Positions 24,282 through 36,628 of a stretch of DNA of 64,000 nt are shown piece after piece. Origin of the DNA: Stegostoma tigrinum (taxonomy: Eukaryota); the NCBI RefSeq assembly GCF_030684315.1, contig NC_081361.1, positions 41,337,045-41,401,044 of the forward strand, written 5' to 3'. The notes beneath the pieces were generated by a model. The model worked only from the letters and a program-made list of their open reading frames with translations. It did not search any database and was not told the origin of the DNA. The position numbers were made by a program, and so were the translations under genes. Every line of letters starts with the position of its first letter. Within the stretch, counting starts at the first letter, position 1.

Positions 24282-24485
24282 GAGCATGATCTGGAAACTC
24301 TTCCCTGGAGTTATCGAGAAAAATCTTACTATGGACGTGTAAACGAAGATATGGTAAAGGACTTTGTTAATTTATGCAGACGAAAACCATTTGTCGTGGT
24401 TTGTGGCGCCATAGGTTTTAACAAAGACATCCTCAACTACCTCAATCGTATGGGCATCACAGAAGATTTGCAGTTTATGTTTTAG
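24282..24485 (+). CDS. CYB5RL: CYB5RL last coding exon
   Basis: tttag|GAG...TTT TAG. Reads EHDLETLPWSYREKSYYGRV...CRRKPFVVVCGAIGFNKDI...EDLQFMF*. The spliced CDS is 933 nt (310 aa) and ends in the aromatic residue typical of FNR-family reductases. Confidence 0.93.
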   Translation, partial: EHDLETLPWSYREKSYYGRVNEDMVKDFVNLCRRKPFVVVCGAIGFNKDILNYLNRMGITEDLQFMF

Positions 24486-25438
24486 ACAATTAGTAACTTC
24501 GTACCTACTGGCATTAAAACTTACTACTCTTTAAAATACGCAACAACCTCAAACATTATTGGAAGAATGCACTCTAAAGATTAGTCTGTGACTAAATTAA
24601 TTTTTGCTGAATCCTAAAACTGCAAGAGGAGCCTGTGTATTAACCACTGCAAAACAAAGCTGTTGAATGAGGGTTCAGAAGATTTCTCAATCAAAATCCA
24701 TCCATTTCAGTGGATGTTAGTCACAAGGAGGAGTAACAGTTACCTGCAAGATTTTTTTCCCTCCACATCACTACAAAGTTATCTGAAGCATGTATGTCAC
24801 TGTTCCATTTCATATCAGCTAATTCACCATAGACTGTAGGAATCAAACCTGGACCTACTGTGCCTGTGCAACTTTGACACTGCATTCATGCAATTAAACA
24901 GGTTTGATTCATTTTTACTGTTGAAATACAATAATGCTGTTGAAAGTGTTACATTGGCTTACTGCATTTTTAAAATATCTGTTATATGAGACCTCTGAAA
25001 GGAGTTGCAGTTGTTACAGAAGGAGAAGAGAGATTGTATATTATGGAAGCTTGCTTGAATCACTGTGACATGTGATCATGAAACAGGGACATGGTGCTTT
25101 AGTGATAAATAGGAAATCTTTACAAGCATGGAGTTTAAAACTGTTTAGTTTCAAGTGATAAGTCAGTGTTTACTGGTGCGGGCTTTTGTCCAGAGATAAT
25201 GTATTTTGTTGAAGTAAATTTCTAAATTTATAAGCTTTTAAATTATCTTCTACAATTCTTTCATTGTCCTGTTCAATGTTTACTTTTTCCACCATTGAAG
25301 GTAAGGATGTCAATACTGAAAAATAGGATCATCTTTTCTTATTTTGTAGTTGTTGTTTATTGCCTCCAGGGTAACAAAAGATCTCTATGCTGCCAGAACA
25401 GTTTGGAGAAGTGTGCCAAAGTAGCAATTGTATTTTTC

Positions 25439-25444
25439 AATAAA
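25439..25444 (+). terminator. Candidate polyadenylation signal of CYB5RL (alternative at 26089)
   Basis: AATAAA about 950 nt after the stop, followed by a T/GT-rich tract. Confidence 0.35.
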
Positions 25445-26204
25445 TATTTTGTTTTCTGAGTGTTCAAGCCCATTCATGCCAATTTATGGTCACTTAATGC
25501 TGTGAACATGTGCCAGTATAAAACTTAGTTCAAAATTATATAACTGCTTAAGGGTCATTGTAAAGTGTTTCTATTACACCCATCGTCTCCAGCTCTAATC
25601 TCAATGTCCTCAGAAAAAAGGCAAGTTTGTTTGCTGGATATAATTTATATCCTATTTTGAAGTTTAAGTAGAAGAAAAGACATTGACACACATCTACAAA
25701 GATTTGAAATGTCGAGGATGCATGCTGGCTTGTATTCTTACTGGCTTCTTATTTATTCTGATCAATAGGTTTCTTGCTTTCCTGTTCATTGATGAAACCT
25801 GGTGAGTTTGCTTTTCTTAAATAGTGGTTACAGCCATTTTAAACTGGTCATATTTCATGCTTGTGATGACCTGTGGAAAAGTGGGTTGTGATTTGCAGTG
25901 CACTGTTTTCCACCCGTGGTCATGACAAGAACGAAATTGATGCTTTTGTTTTGACAGCCTTGTTGATATTTGTATCAATAATTAGTTAATAATTAATCAT
26001 GACAATCCTGTGTTTGTGCTGTTGGACGTCCTTTTACATCTGCTTTTAATTTGTACATAAACTCAATTCATGCATTCCAACTACAGTCAATAAATTATAT
26101 ATTTTGCAGGTTTTAGTCTAGTTATAGAAGCATTGAAACTAGAAACAGAAGTAGAACATTGGGTGCCTCATGGTCATGGCTGATCCTATATCTCAATACT
26201 ATAT

Positions 26205-26414
26205 GTTTCAGAGATAGTAGGAACTGCAGATGCTGGAGAATCTAAGATAACAAGGTGTAGAGCTGGACGAACACAGCAGGCCAAGCAGCATCAGAGGAGC
26301 AGGAAAGCTGGTGTTTCAGGCCTAGAGAAAGGTCCAGGCCCGAAACGTCAATTTTCCTGCTCCTCTGATGCTGCTTGACATGTTGTGTTCATCCAGCTCT
26401 ACACCATGTTATCT
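26205..26414 (-). mobile_element. Mini Penelope fold-back (family 1) inserted in a CR1 3' end
   Basis: Tail plus about 82-bp inverted arms meeting in hammerhead stem II. TSD TATCTCAATRCTATAT at 26189-26204 and 26410-26425. Confidence 0.87.
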
Positions 26415-29400
26415 CAATGCTATATTCCCACTTTCTCCTCCTACCACTGATCCTTTGATATCCAATAATGTATCTATTTCTTTCTTGAATATATTCTGTG
26501 ATTTGGTGTCCACAGCCTTCTGTACCCTTTTGATTGAAAAATGCTTTCCTCATCTTGGTCCTTAATGGCCTAACCCATATCCGAGACTGTGACATCGGGT
26601 TTTAAGCTCCCCAGCCACAGAAAAAGCTACGGGGAGAATGCAGGTAAGTGGAGTTGAAATGCCCATCAGCCATGATTAAATGGTGGAGTGGACTCGATGG
26701 GCCAAATGGTCTTACTTCCATTCCTATGTCTTATGGTCTAAAAAACATCCTCCGAGCGTCTAGTTTATTGAGACTTGTTATGAAACACATATTTTTGCAT
26801 TAAGTGACCACATTCATATTTGAATAGCATCCTTTCTGCCCCAGGTATCTTCACCAATGCCGTTTGTGCCTTTCAGTTTGATTGCTACTCAAGGAATCTT
26901 CTTACTTGCCCTCCTGTATGTCTGTAGCTTTTTAAAAAAATTGATTTTTACAGATTTTAATCTAATATCAAATACAACAAACTTAAGTAATGTTAATGCC
27001 ATGCACATTTAAAGCTGCTTTTCTTATTCTCTTACTTCAAAATTATAATGTTGATATAATGCATGCATTGGAAGAGTTTCCAGAAGATAAGATGTGCAGT
27101 TGAGCCACTGACTTTAAACACAAATTGCCTCTTTGTCCATTGAATATACACATATGGAGAATTTAAAAGAAAATTGATCGATTTCTAATTTGGCAGAGAG
27201 TGAAGATGGGGTCCTAGGACAGGTTATAAAATGCAGACTAATAGAAGGTTTTTGCATTTGTCAGATGAAGTGAAATTGCTTCTTTGAAACAAGAGTGTTT
27301 AGCAATATTATTAAAATGGAAGACCAAGTTTATGTATGTGGAACAAATCAAAATCTGTCTTAACATTTAATAAGATCTTTACCTTTTTTATGTTTCTTTC
27401 AGCGTCACTTGTCTCTCCAAAGCTACTGAAGTAGTATCAGCTGTGAGAGCTGTATAGGAGTGAGGATAGTTGCGAACTGGCACATACATATTGAGAGAAA
27501 TTCCTCTGCAATTCGCCTTTTCTGTTTAGTAATATGGGATTGAGTGTAGGTTCCACTTATAGGATAAATTGATATGTGTCATTTCAACTTTAATTAACAG
27601 TATAGTTAATATGCATGCAGCACAAATAAATAATCATTTTCTGATTATATCTCTTATTCCAGACATAAGACCTGAATAATTAAGAAAAATATTCGTCAAA
27701 AGGATTAAGATACCAGTGTCACAAAGAGAATTCAAACATTTGATAAACAAATAAATTGCTCAATGGGTTATTCAAACTAGAATGTCTGCATTGATCTTAA
27801 TCAGGTCACAGTTGAAATGTTACAAATCCAAAAATCAGGCTGTGATTGGCTCATTTACTCCACTCCTCCCTCTCTGTCTACCTTCCTCCCTTCTCTACAA
27901 AGTAGAACGGATTACAAATTGGCAGCCCATTTTGAAATCTGTCCCAATTTTTACTTCCATTAAAGTGAATGAAAATAAAAGTGGAGACGTGTAAAATGAG
28001 CTGCCTTTTCGTGATCATTGATTTTCCACTTGGGCGCAGATAGAGACTTATCTGAAATGTGTGTCATCAAGTGAAGTAGGACGTTAAGACTAAGACTGTT
28101 TAAAGAAAGGCTGTGAGTGAGGTGGCAGAGATGTGCTCATGTTCTTTGAACTTTTGTACCAAAGCAAAATTCACTAACATCAGATGGAAGGACGAATTTG
28201 ACAAAAATACTGGTGTATGTGAACCGAGAACCGCAGTTCTATGACTCAGGTATCAGATGATAGTTATCCTTAATGGTTTATAGTTTGCAATCAGCTTGAA
28301 TAGCATGAAAAACAACTGATTTTGTACAAAATCCTTTAGTTGTAATAGAAAGTGTGTTCATTAACAGGAATCCAAATTGATTGGAAAGTTACCTTTATGC
28401 CAATTAGAATTAAAAGCAAGTATGACTGGTGCATAAATAAAGAACTATTTTCAGAGGTTCAGAAGCAAAACATTGGAGGCTGCCAGGTAGTTTTGGCACA
28501 AGAACCAAAGCTGAAAAATAATAATGTTTAATCAGTTATCTGTTTATTCCCTGTTTTGTTATAATAAAGCCTATCGAAGATGAGAGACATTTTGTATAAA
28601 TACAGACCGAGTTGGAACTTCCATTCAATGTTGAACTGGCAAAAAAGGGTCTTATTTTCCAGTGATGGCCTGACCTCAAAGCTCTGTACATCTGTTTATC
28701 TGCTTAGGCATGGGTAAATGTAAAATCCGCATGTTTTTACAAGTGTGCACCTCCAGAACTGCTGATAAGTGCACATGCTTTTACTTCTGCATGCCTAATC
28801 AGCTCTAGTCTGGATACAAGCTGGTGATCTTTGCAGCGTAGCACCAACTGCAATAGAATGCATGAAAGCTAGCTCAAAATAATACATGCAACAGAACAAC
28901 CAAGCTCCATAAATTTTGCTTCTCTAAAACTAACAATTACTAGAAGGACTTTGATCAGAAATATAACTTTCCAACATATCCTGACTATACCTCCAAGTTT
29001 AGCTCCTGAAAGACACTAAAGCTGATCAAAAAAGACATGACTAGACTTATTCTGCAGGTGTAAGCCTCATAGATGCTGCACCTAGCCACTGGAGAATACA
29101 GGCCCCACCAGCCCAAAAAGAAGTGTCACAGAATTATCATGGTGAAGTAGGCAGCCATTCAGTCTTTCATGTCTGCACCAGCTCTACATTCTAGAGTGGC
29201 TCTATAATCTAGTACCAATTTCCTACCTTTTCCTGATATCCCTGCCTACCATTACTATCCCCAAAAAAACCAATGCCTTCTTTAATGCCTTAAATGAACC
29301 TGCTTCCCACATTTCCAGACAGTACATTCCAGACCATAACAACTTGCTGGGTTTTGTTCTCATATCACATTTGCTTCACTTGCACATAATTTGAAATCTC

Positions 29401-30735
29401 TGCCCTCTTGTTCTTGTTTCCTTTACAAGCAGAAACAACTTCTCCCTATCTACTCTGTCTGGACCGCTCATGATTTTGAAAAACTCATTCATATCTCCTG
29501 TCAGCTGCCTTTTCTCCAGGGAGAACCATTCTTACAGAGATGTAGATTATCATGCACAATCCACAAATAGATAGGCAAAGGCAGCAAACCCAACCAAAGA
29601 AACATTAAAAGGCAAAACTGCCAGTTTCCTTAACCCAAATGAATCTCCAAACCAAGAAATCAGCTGTAATCAACTAAAAAATGCAAAAAGAACTATAATA
29701 TATAAATGTGCTCTTGCAGCCAAAATGCACAGTAACTTAATAGAATATGCGAACTTGAAGACTTTTGAAAAAAATACCTCATCCCTGAGGTTAGTTTTGA
29801 GTTTTGAATTGCTAGTAGCTGCATCTAATTATACATATATATTTCTCTCTGTCTAGGATGTTTCATTAATTGGTAATAGCCATTGATATAAGTATCAACT
29901 TTCCAGTAATCCATGCATTCTTCAGCTGATTGCCAGGAAGTGATCTGTCCTCTCTACTTTGTACTTTGTTACATAGCCTGACTGTTGCAGGCCATTAATC
30001 AATTCTGATTTATTGACATCGATTTTCCTGAAAATAGTTTTCATTGGAATAATCTTTCAATTAAATAGCCTCTGGGTTTGGAAAGTTGCTTTCCTCCAGT
30101 CATTAAAAGTACACCTTATTTTACAATTTACATTCAAAATCTACAAAATAAATGCATTTCTCTGATCAACATAATTAAACATTCCTTTTGTCATTGAACA
30201 CACATATATAATCAGGTTAGGAGTGGAAGTCATTTTGGTTCTGTTATTTAGCAAATCTGTTGCTTTGAACACCAGCCTTGCAATCTGGGCAGCAATGGAA
30301 TCCCATTAAGGGATAAAGTGTGGCAGATTTTGCCTTTCCAGAATTGGAATGTTCATGAAAAGAAGTCAAGCAGTTGATCTCATTTGTCGTTGTTGTTGGG
30401 CTGCATTCCCATCGTACATTGCAGATAAAAGTATGGCAATCAACAATTTCCAGTGGACTTACTTAGGAAAAGAAGCAATTATACAAGTGCTTATAACTAA
30501 TTTTATCTACAGCAGGAATAAAAGGAAATGGTTTGTTTCTGCACACTATGGCCATGCTGGGTCCTGTGATGTGCATTAAACTTATCAGGTCTATTTATGA
30601 AGCACATTCTGAGACCAATCTCCTTTGAAAGAACATCTTTATTTCTCCACAAAGAACCTACTGCTCCTTTCACACACACTCCCCCATCCTTCTGGCTGGC
30701 CTTTCTTTAGATACGTTTGAATATGTTTTAATCAA

Positions 30736-31192
30736 TATGTTTGGACATTTTATGACACAGCTCTACCATGGATGGGTCTCAAACCTAGATCCAGAGGTAG
30801 GGTCACTATTATTGTACCACAAGACCATTATAACTTTAAATTCTCTTGTGGTTAAAAAAAATAACAAAACCAAAATTGAATTGAATTAAGGTAATTATAA
30901 ATATGAATGTAAATGAAACATTTTGGACATGTAATAACACACCTCTGGAACAGTTGGGAATTGAGCCTTTTGAGCCAGAAAGTGACTCGACCGCTGTGCG
31001 ACAAAATCACCCTTTTATATATTTTAATACTCCTGGAAATTTGCATTTTAACATATATTTTTGATTCAGCCTGTTCAGAGATATTATGACACAGCTCTGG
31101 AACAGGCTAGACTTGAACCCAGACCTTCTGGTTCAGAGGTAGGGACGCTACCACTATGCTGTAAAAGTCGTCTTTTGTAAGTTTTAATTCTC
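30736..31192 (-). repeat. Three tandem diverged tRNA-like/SINE-head units (about 160-180-bp period)
   Basis: Recurring ATRACACASCTCT...GAACCCAG...CAGAGGTAGGG...TTAATTCTC units; a single homologue lies at about 38360-38460 (+). Confidence 0.6.
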
Positions 31193-32593
31193 CATAGTAA
31201 TTTGCATTCTAATACAATTAACTAATTCCCCACATCTATGGATTTGTTACCTTTTGCTCCTGGACATTTAGAATGTTGTTAGTAGATTTAGAATACTAAC
31301 AGTGTGATGGGTATGTTACAGGCCTAGCAGCTGTGAGGTTATGATTATCATTCCTATCATGACAAGCTGTAACATTTAATTCAGTAAAGCTGGCAGTTTG
31401 TAGGCTGGCGCTATGAAAATTGTCAGATCATACGGACCATGTTATTTCCATCAGTCTGTCCTGTGCATAACTCCAGTCCCACAATATGTAGCTAGCTCTC
31501 ATTGCCCTTTGAACTGGCCTTGCAAACTACAAGGGGAGATGAAGAAAACTTCTAGTGGTCAAAAGCCTTGAGAACTCTATATCACAAGTTCCTTCCAAGG
31601 TACACTTAGCATATGTCATGTCTCAAGTTACTCATATAATGTATCCTGAAATATTATTTAAGCAATATCTGTTCCCATAAATGTACCACTCACATACTGA
31701 AAAATCTTCCCACTGATTAGTTTTGAATTTACTCCCGAATCTCTTTAAATACAATTTATGTCCTGTATTTCTACTATTTTGGACACAGGGAAACAATTCA
31801 TCATGGTGTACTTTACCCAGTCTTTTAGAATCCTAAAAGAAGCTATGATATCACTTCAATCTATCAGGACAATTAGAAATATGTAGAGAATGTGACTTTG
31901 CTCCTGAGAATATGTAGAGAAAAGTGGGTTGTGCATACTTACATACATAAAAGAGTATAATTTTGGAGATTAAGTATTGGCTCAACCATCGTTAATAGTA
32001 AATCTCTGAGAATTAAATATTATCAGCAATATATTTTCCTCCAATGGCCCTGTAGTTTTCAGATTCTGTTTATGAGTGATATTGGCATATAATCCATCAT
32101 ATTTCTGTGCTATTAAAGTACAATGGACTCTAATTTTTCTTCAACCTAATATAGTTTCCTAAGGGGCCTGAGGGGCAACTTTTTCATGCAGTGGGAATTT
32201 CATATGTGGAATGAACTGCTACAGCAAGTGGTAAATGCAGGTACGGTTATAACATTAAAAAAAACATTTGGACAAGTACATGAATTGGAGGGGTTTAGAG
32301 GGATATGGGCCAAATGCAGGGACTAGCTTAGCTTAGACAACCTTTTGGCTTGGATGACTTGGACTGAAGGGTCAGTTTCTGTGCTGTATGACATGAAGAA
32401 ATGTTTCTTTAATGCACTAAGTTTCAGTGATCTAGAATGTACTGCCTGGCAATAGGGTGGAAGCAGGTTCTGCAATAACATTCAGAAGGGAATTGAATAA
32501 ATGTTTGAAGAAAATAAAACACTAGCAGGGCTGTGGGGTAAAGGATAAGAGAGTAGAACTATGCCAGTCTCAGTGCTACATACTACTATTACA

Positions 32594-32996
32594 GTAATCA
32601 GCTGCTGTATGTTGACCTCAGAAGAGTTTTTAATCCCTAATGAACAAATTGGAAGTTTGATAATGATGGCAGTGTGAGTTCTTTGAGAGTCTGAATTTCT
32701 GGCAGGGACTCTCCTCACAGTTATTTGCTGCATCACAAGCACTGTTGGTGAAAATTAAACAGGCAGCCATTCTTTGTAATCAGCTGTTTAATTAATGAAC
32801 CTGAAAATAGTTAGACATTTTGTTTGTTACCTTAAGATTCCTGGTAATTTAGCTATTCTCTACAGCTAAAGGCTGCTTGAGTTTCATCCCTCTTAGTGGG
32901 ATATAAGCAGCCTTTGTGTTTTGGCAGGGACCTTGTTGTCAAATGGAATACAGTAGTCTTCCTACCGGCCAATATCTTAACCACTTACTGTGGTAG
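32594..32996 (+). promoter_or_regulatory. Candidate CDCP2 promoter and non-coding first exon
   Basis: TATAAG at 32902-32907 and a perfect donor AG|GTGAGT at 32996/32997. Two identical GTAATCAGCTG 11-mers (32594, 32776). The CDCP2 ATG exon has an acceptor (ttcag, 36084) 2 nt before the ATG, which implies an upstream exon. Confidence 0.4.
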
Positions 32997-33186
32997 GTGA
33001 GTGTGGTATCTGCTGGAAGTGAGCAAGAGCCACATTTCTGGGATGTGTTAACAAATCCTGTTATCTCAACTAGAAGTGAATGTGAGAAATACCTTCATAG
33101 GAGATGCTTCAGCTGGGCCTTATAATTTGAACCATTATCTCAGAGCCTGTATTATGAATTAATCCTCATGCGCTAAATTTAATTTT

Positions 33187-33365
33187 ATGTTCAGATGAAG
33201 TCAGGCAAAGGAGCAGTGCTCAAAAAGCTTGTGATTTCAAATAAACCTGTTGGACTGTAACCTGTTGTCGTGTGACTTCTGACTTTGTCCACCCCAGTCC
33301 AGCACTGATACCTCTACATCATTGCTTCCTCTCCACAGATGCTGCCAGTCCTACTGAGTTTTCCT
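33187..33365 (+). mobile_element. Penelope pLTR fragments: family 3 (about 33205-33322) adjoining or nested in family 2
   Basis: AAGGAGCAGTGCTCAAAAGCTTGTG...AATAAACCTGTTGGACT, followed by CTCTCCACAGATGCTGCCAG (family 2). Confidence 0.6.
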
Positions 33366-33399
33366 AATAACTTAACTGAGTTAATTCCCAATGGGGTCC

Positions 33400-34345
33400 C
33401 CACGACCTCCACATGAATGGGTGTATTTTTCTCCAACCAGCTAGAGAATTTTCTGCTTATGTGCTCTGAGGAGCCTTGCGTCTGTTACAACCTTGAATAC
33501 TCCACTCCCACTGGCCAGTTTTGATCCTTTGACCCAGTGTGTATTTCCTGCAGTGAGACAAAGGAAGGGGATGATTATGATGGAAGTGATTGAAGGAGCC
33601 CTTGGTAATAGTAGAAGAGCAATACAGACGGTGAGATGTTCTAAGTAAGTGAAATGCAGAGGTGAGGAAGGTTTAGTAATTTGCGAGGATGGAATAAGTG
33701 AGAGTGTTGAGTGGATATATGTGCAACAGTGATATTTGTAGTCCAAGAGTCTTGGTAAGAGGCATGTGCAGTGGCTGGGTTAGAGTGAGTGGTGTCCCTG
33801 TAGGTGTGAGATAGAGTAAATTGAAAGACTTATCCTTGCAGAGTGGAAAAGATCATTCACCTCCATAGAATCCCTACAGTATAGAAGCGAGCCATTCAGC
33901 CACACCAACCCTACAAAAAGCATCCCACTCAGATCCTTCCCCTTACCCTACCCACATAACCCTGCAATTCCCTTGGTTAATCTTTAGCCTACACATCCCT
34001 AGATGCTATGGACAAATTTAGCATGGCTAATCCATCTAACCTGCACATCTTTAGATTGTGGGAGGAAACTGGAGCACCAGAGGAAACCCACTGACACAAG
34101 GAGAATGTGCAAACTCCACACAGACAATCACCTAAGCCTGGAATTGAACCCAGGCCCCTGGAACTCTGGGGCAGCATTGCTAACTACTGAGCCACCATGC
34201 CACCCCTGCAATTCTAGACTGCTGAACCCTGGCCACAACATTGACCGAGGCAGCTATCTTGGTACAGACTGGCTTGATAGGATGGTTTGACTGCCTTTGG
34301 TCGTCTGCTGTCCTCTTCACTACCCCATCCATCTACACCTTCAAT
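33400..34345 (-). pseudogene. Second decayed Myb/SANT-like (Harbinger-type) remnant, split by the SINE at 33862-34206
   Basis: Minus-strand remnants KIAASVNVVARVQ, EVNDLFHSAR and LASGSG...LLRAHKQKIL*LVG. Confidence 0.4.
33862..34206 (-). mobile_element. HE1-like tRNA-derived V-SINE
   Basis: Same head, V-domain and tail as 23578-23884. Confidence 0.82.
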
Positions 34346-35217
34346 AGTGCCCAAAGTCACACATTGCTTCCCAGAATGCAATGTATCATTAGATTAATAA
34401 TATCATTGGCCAATTGTACGGTACTCTTATACTTTGGTGCAACAAGATATGATTGATACACTTATTTGAGATTTCAGAAAAACAACCCTAAATTCTCACT
34501 ATCTGTGATAAAGTTCTGTCAAAACATGAACAGTTAAATAATGAGACAAATTGTAGGAGACTTGTTATACTCATAATAAGCCTAATGAAAATAAACTTAA
34601 CTTTAAAATAGACAGATTAATTTGATCAATATATTTGTTGTTTATCTATAATGGAGAAATATCAGTGTTCCGTTTTATTCCACATGTATGGAATGGAGAG
34701 TATAGCATGATGAATAGGGTAATGAGGAGTTATTTTATCATTAATGATTAGGGAAAATAAAGACTGCATCCTTTCCCCATAAGACAACCTTGAGGGGACA
34801 AGTAGTGTTATGAGGAAAGTTGAGCAGGCTATACTTATACCTGCTGAAGTTTAGAAGAGTCAGACGCAACTTGATTGAAACAGATAAGAACCTCAGGGAT
34901 CATGGCAGGGTGGATGTGAAATGGAGTTTTCCACTTGTGGCAGAATCTCGAACTAATAAGTGTCACTTTTTTTTAAAGAAAGGATCATCCATTTGTGGAG
35001 AGAACTTTTTTCTGACTTCCTTCCGCAAAAGGCAGTGGAAGCAGAGTCTTTGAGTATTTTTCAGGGAAAAGTAGTTAAGATTCTTGATAAGCAAGGAGGT
35101 GAAGATGATCGAGATTCTGAAGTAATCAGATAAGCCATGATGATAGTGAATGGCTGAGCAGGCGTGAGGAGATAATGTACCATGGGCACCAGCTGTTGAC
35201 TGGAACCATGCCTAAGT

Positions 35218-36628
35218 AGTTTTACGTGGAGTTGTATACTTGGTTACTGCCTGGTTGCGTCCTTTCTGACACAATGTACTTAGTCAGCCTTGAATGATGA
35301 TTTAATAATGAAGTTCTTTCTTACGTCCAATTGTAAGAAAGCGGTTGCATGGCTGAGATCAAGTAACTCAATCTGTACAGTATGAGCTTAGATATTGGTG
35401 TTGACAAGTTGTTCAACTATGAAGATCCTCACATCTGTGCCTGATAATATAATTTCCTGAATAGTCTCATATGCATATTTTTTGGGGTTACTCAAGAGGA
35501 GAAAACTTAATTGAATATTGCAAATAATTTCAAAAAAAAATTTTCAGAATGAACAAGTGAATACTTGATTTAAAAGGGACATTGCCACCAAGAGAGGTCA
35601 GAGGTGGGGTGGAGTCTCATTGACCTGATGTCTGTGAATTTCTAATTACAGTAATTAAAGCTTTCAATTCTAAGTCATTTCGGGACTTCTGTAAATACCA
35701 GTTTTGAACTGGTCTGGCACCTGTTAATGAATCAATTTTTAATGTTAATTATAACTCTTGCCATAAAGTATTCAATGAAGCTGGGATCATCCCTAAATTT
35801 ACAAAATAAAATTTATGACTTGAGTGAATTAAATATTTATATGATTGTTCCAAAGATTGTACAAGTTGTATAGTGCATTGTGGAAGCAGAGGACAGTGGA
35901 CCTAGCTTATTCATATTTAATGAAAGGAACCAGAGATGGATCATGTTACTAATGCAGACTACGATTGAATTATTAATGGCACTATTAATTCTACTACCAT
36001 TGTGTATTACTTCATATGTTGCTGTAAAGAATTATATAATTTTGCCTTTCCAGTCTGGGTTTTTAGTTTTCTTTATATGTTCAGCAATGCAAAATAGTGT
36101 AGTGCAGTTTGCCTTGGGTGCCTTACAATTGTGCATTGTCTGCAGAGTCACAGCCAGACCAGGTAAAACATCCTTTGTTTGTATGTTCTAAACTGTTACA
36201 TATAGATCATATGGGTTTAAGTAGATAAAATGCTGTTTTTCCTGCCTTGATTTTAGGAGATTATTTTCAAACTTAATAAGAAAGACGTGTGATTGAAGTC
36301 AATTTCCAGTGAACTGAGAGCCACGAGAGACAGAAGTACAAATTTCAGACAATGCTGACTATCCAGTTTATGATATTAACTGCTTTCTCAAAGCAGTGTT
36401 TGTACTCAGACTGAAATTGTGATTAGAATTTCAAAATCTGTAATTTTGGTGAAAACGAAAGTCTGGTGATTTTCAATCTATTGTTGAGTTTTACGTGGAG
36501 CTGTTTACTTGGTCACAGCCTTTGTTCTTTCTGACACGATGTACTTGGTCAGCCTTGAATGGTGATTTAAAAATGAAGTTCTTTCAATTGTAAAATAACA
36601 GTCTCCTTGCTGAGATCAGGTACTCAAT
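35218..36628 (+). repeat. Two diverged direct copies of a roughly 150-bp element (35218-35372 and 36487-36628)
   Basis: Shared AGTTTTACGTGGAG...TTTCTGACAC.ATGTACTT.GTCAGCCTTGAATG.TGATTTAA.AATGAAGTTCTTTC...GCTGAGATCA.GTA.CTCAAT. Confidence 0.85.
36087..36162 (+). CDS. CDCP2: CUB domain-containing protein 2, coding exon 1 (signal peptide)
   Basis: Reads MQNSVVQFALGALQLCIVCRVTARP, then G|gtaaaa (phase 1), and joins in frame to GVKCGG of the next exon. Confidence 0.8.

Noticed and set aside
35294-35356. C/D-box snoRNA as an annotated feature
   Set aside because: The terminal stem register is non-canonical, the second copy has a mutated C box and no guide target was identified; kept only as a hypothesis in findings.
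35880-36086. N-terminal extension of CDCP2 from upstream in-frame starts
   Set aside because: AT-rich intron-like sequence with a good acceptor at 36084; the ATG at 36087 already gives a normal-length signal peptide.
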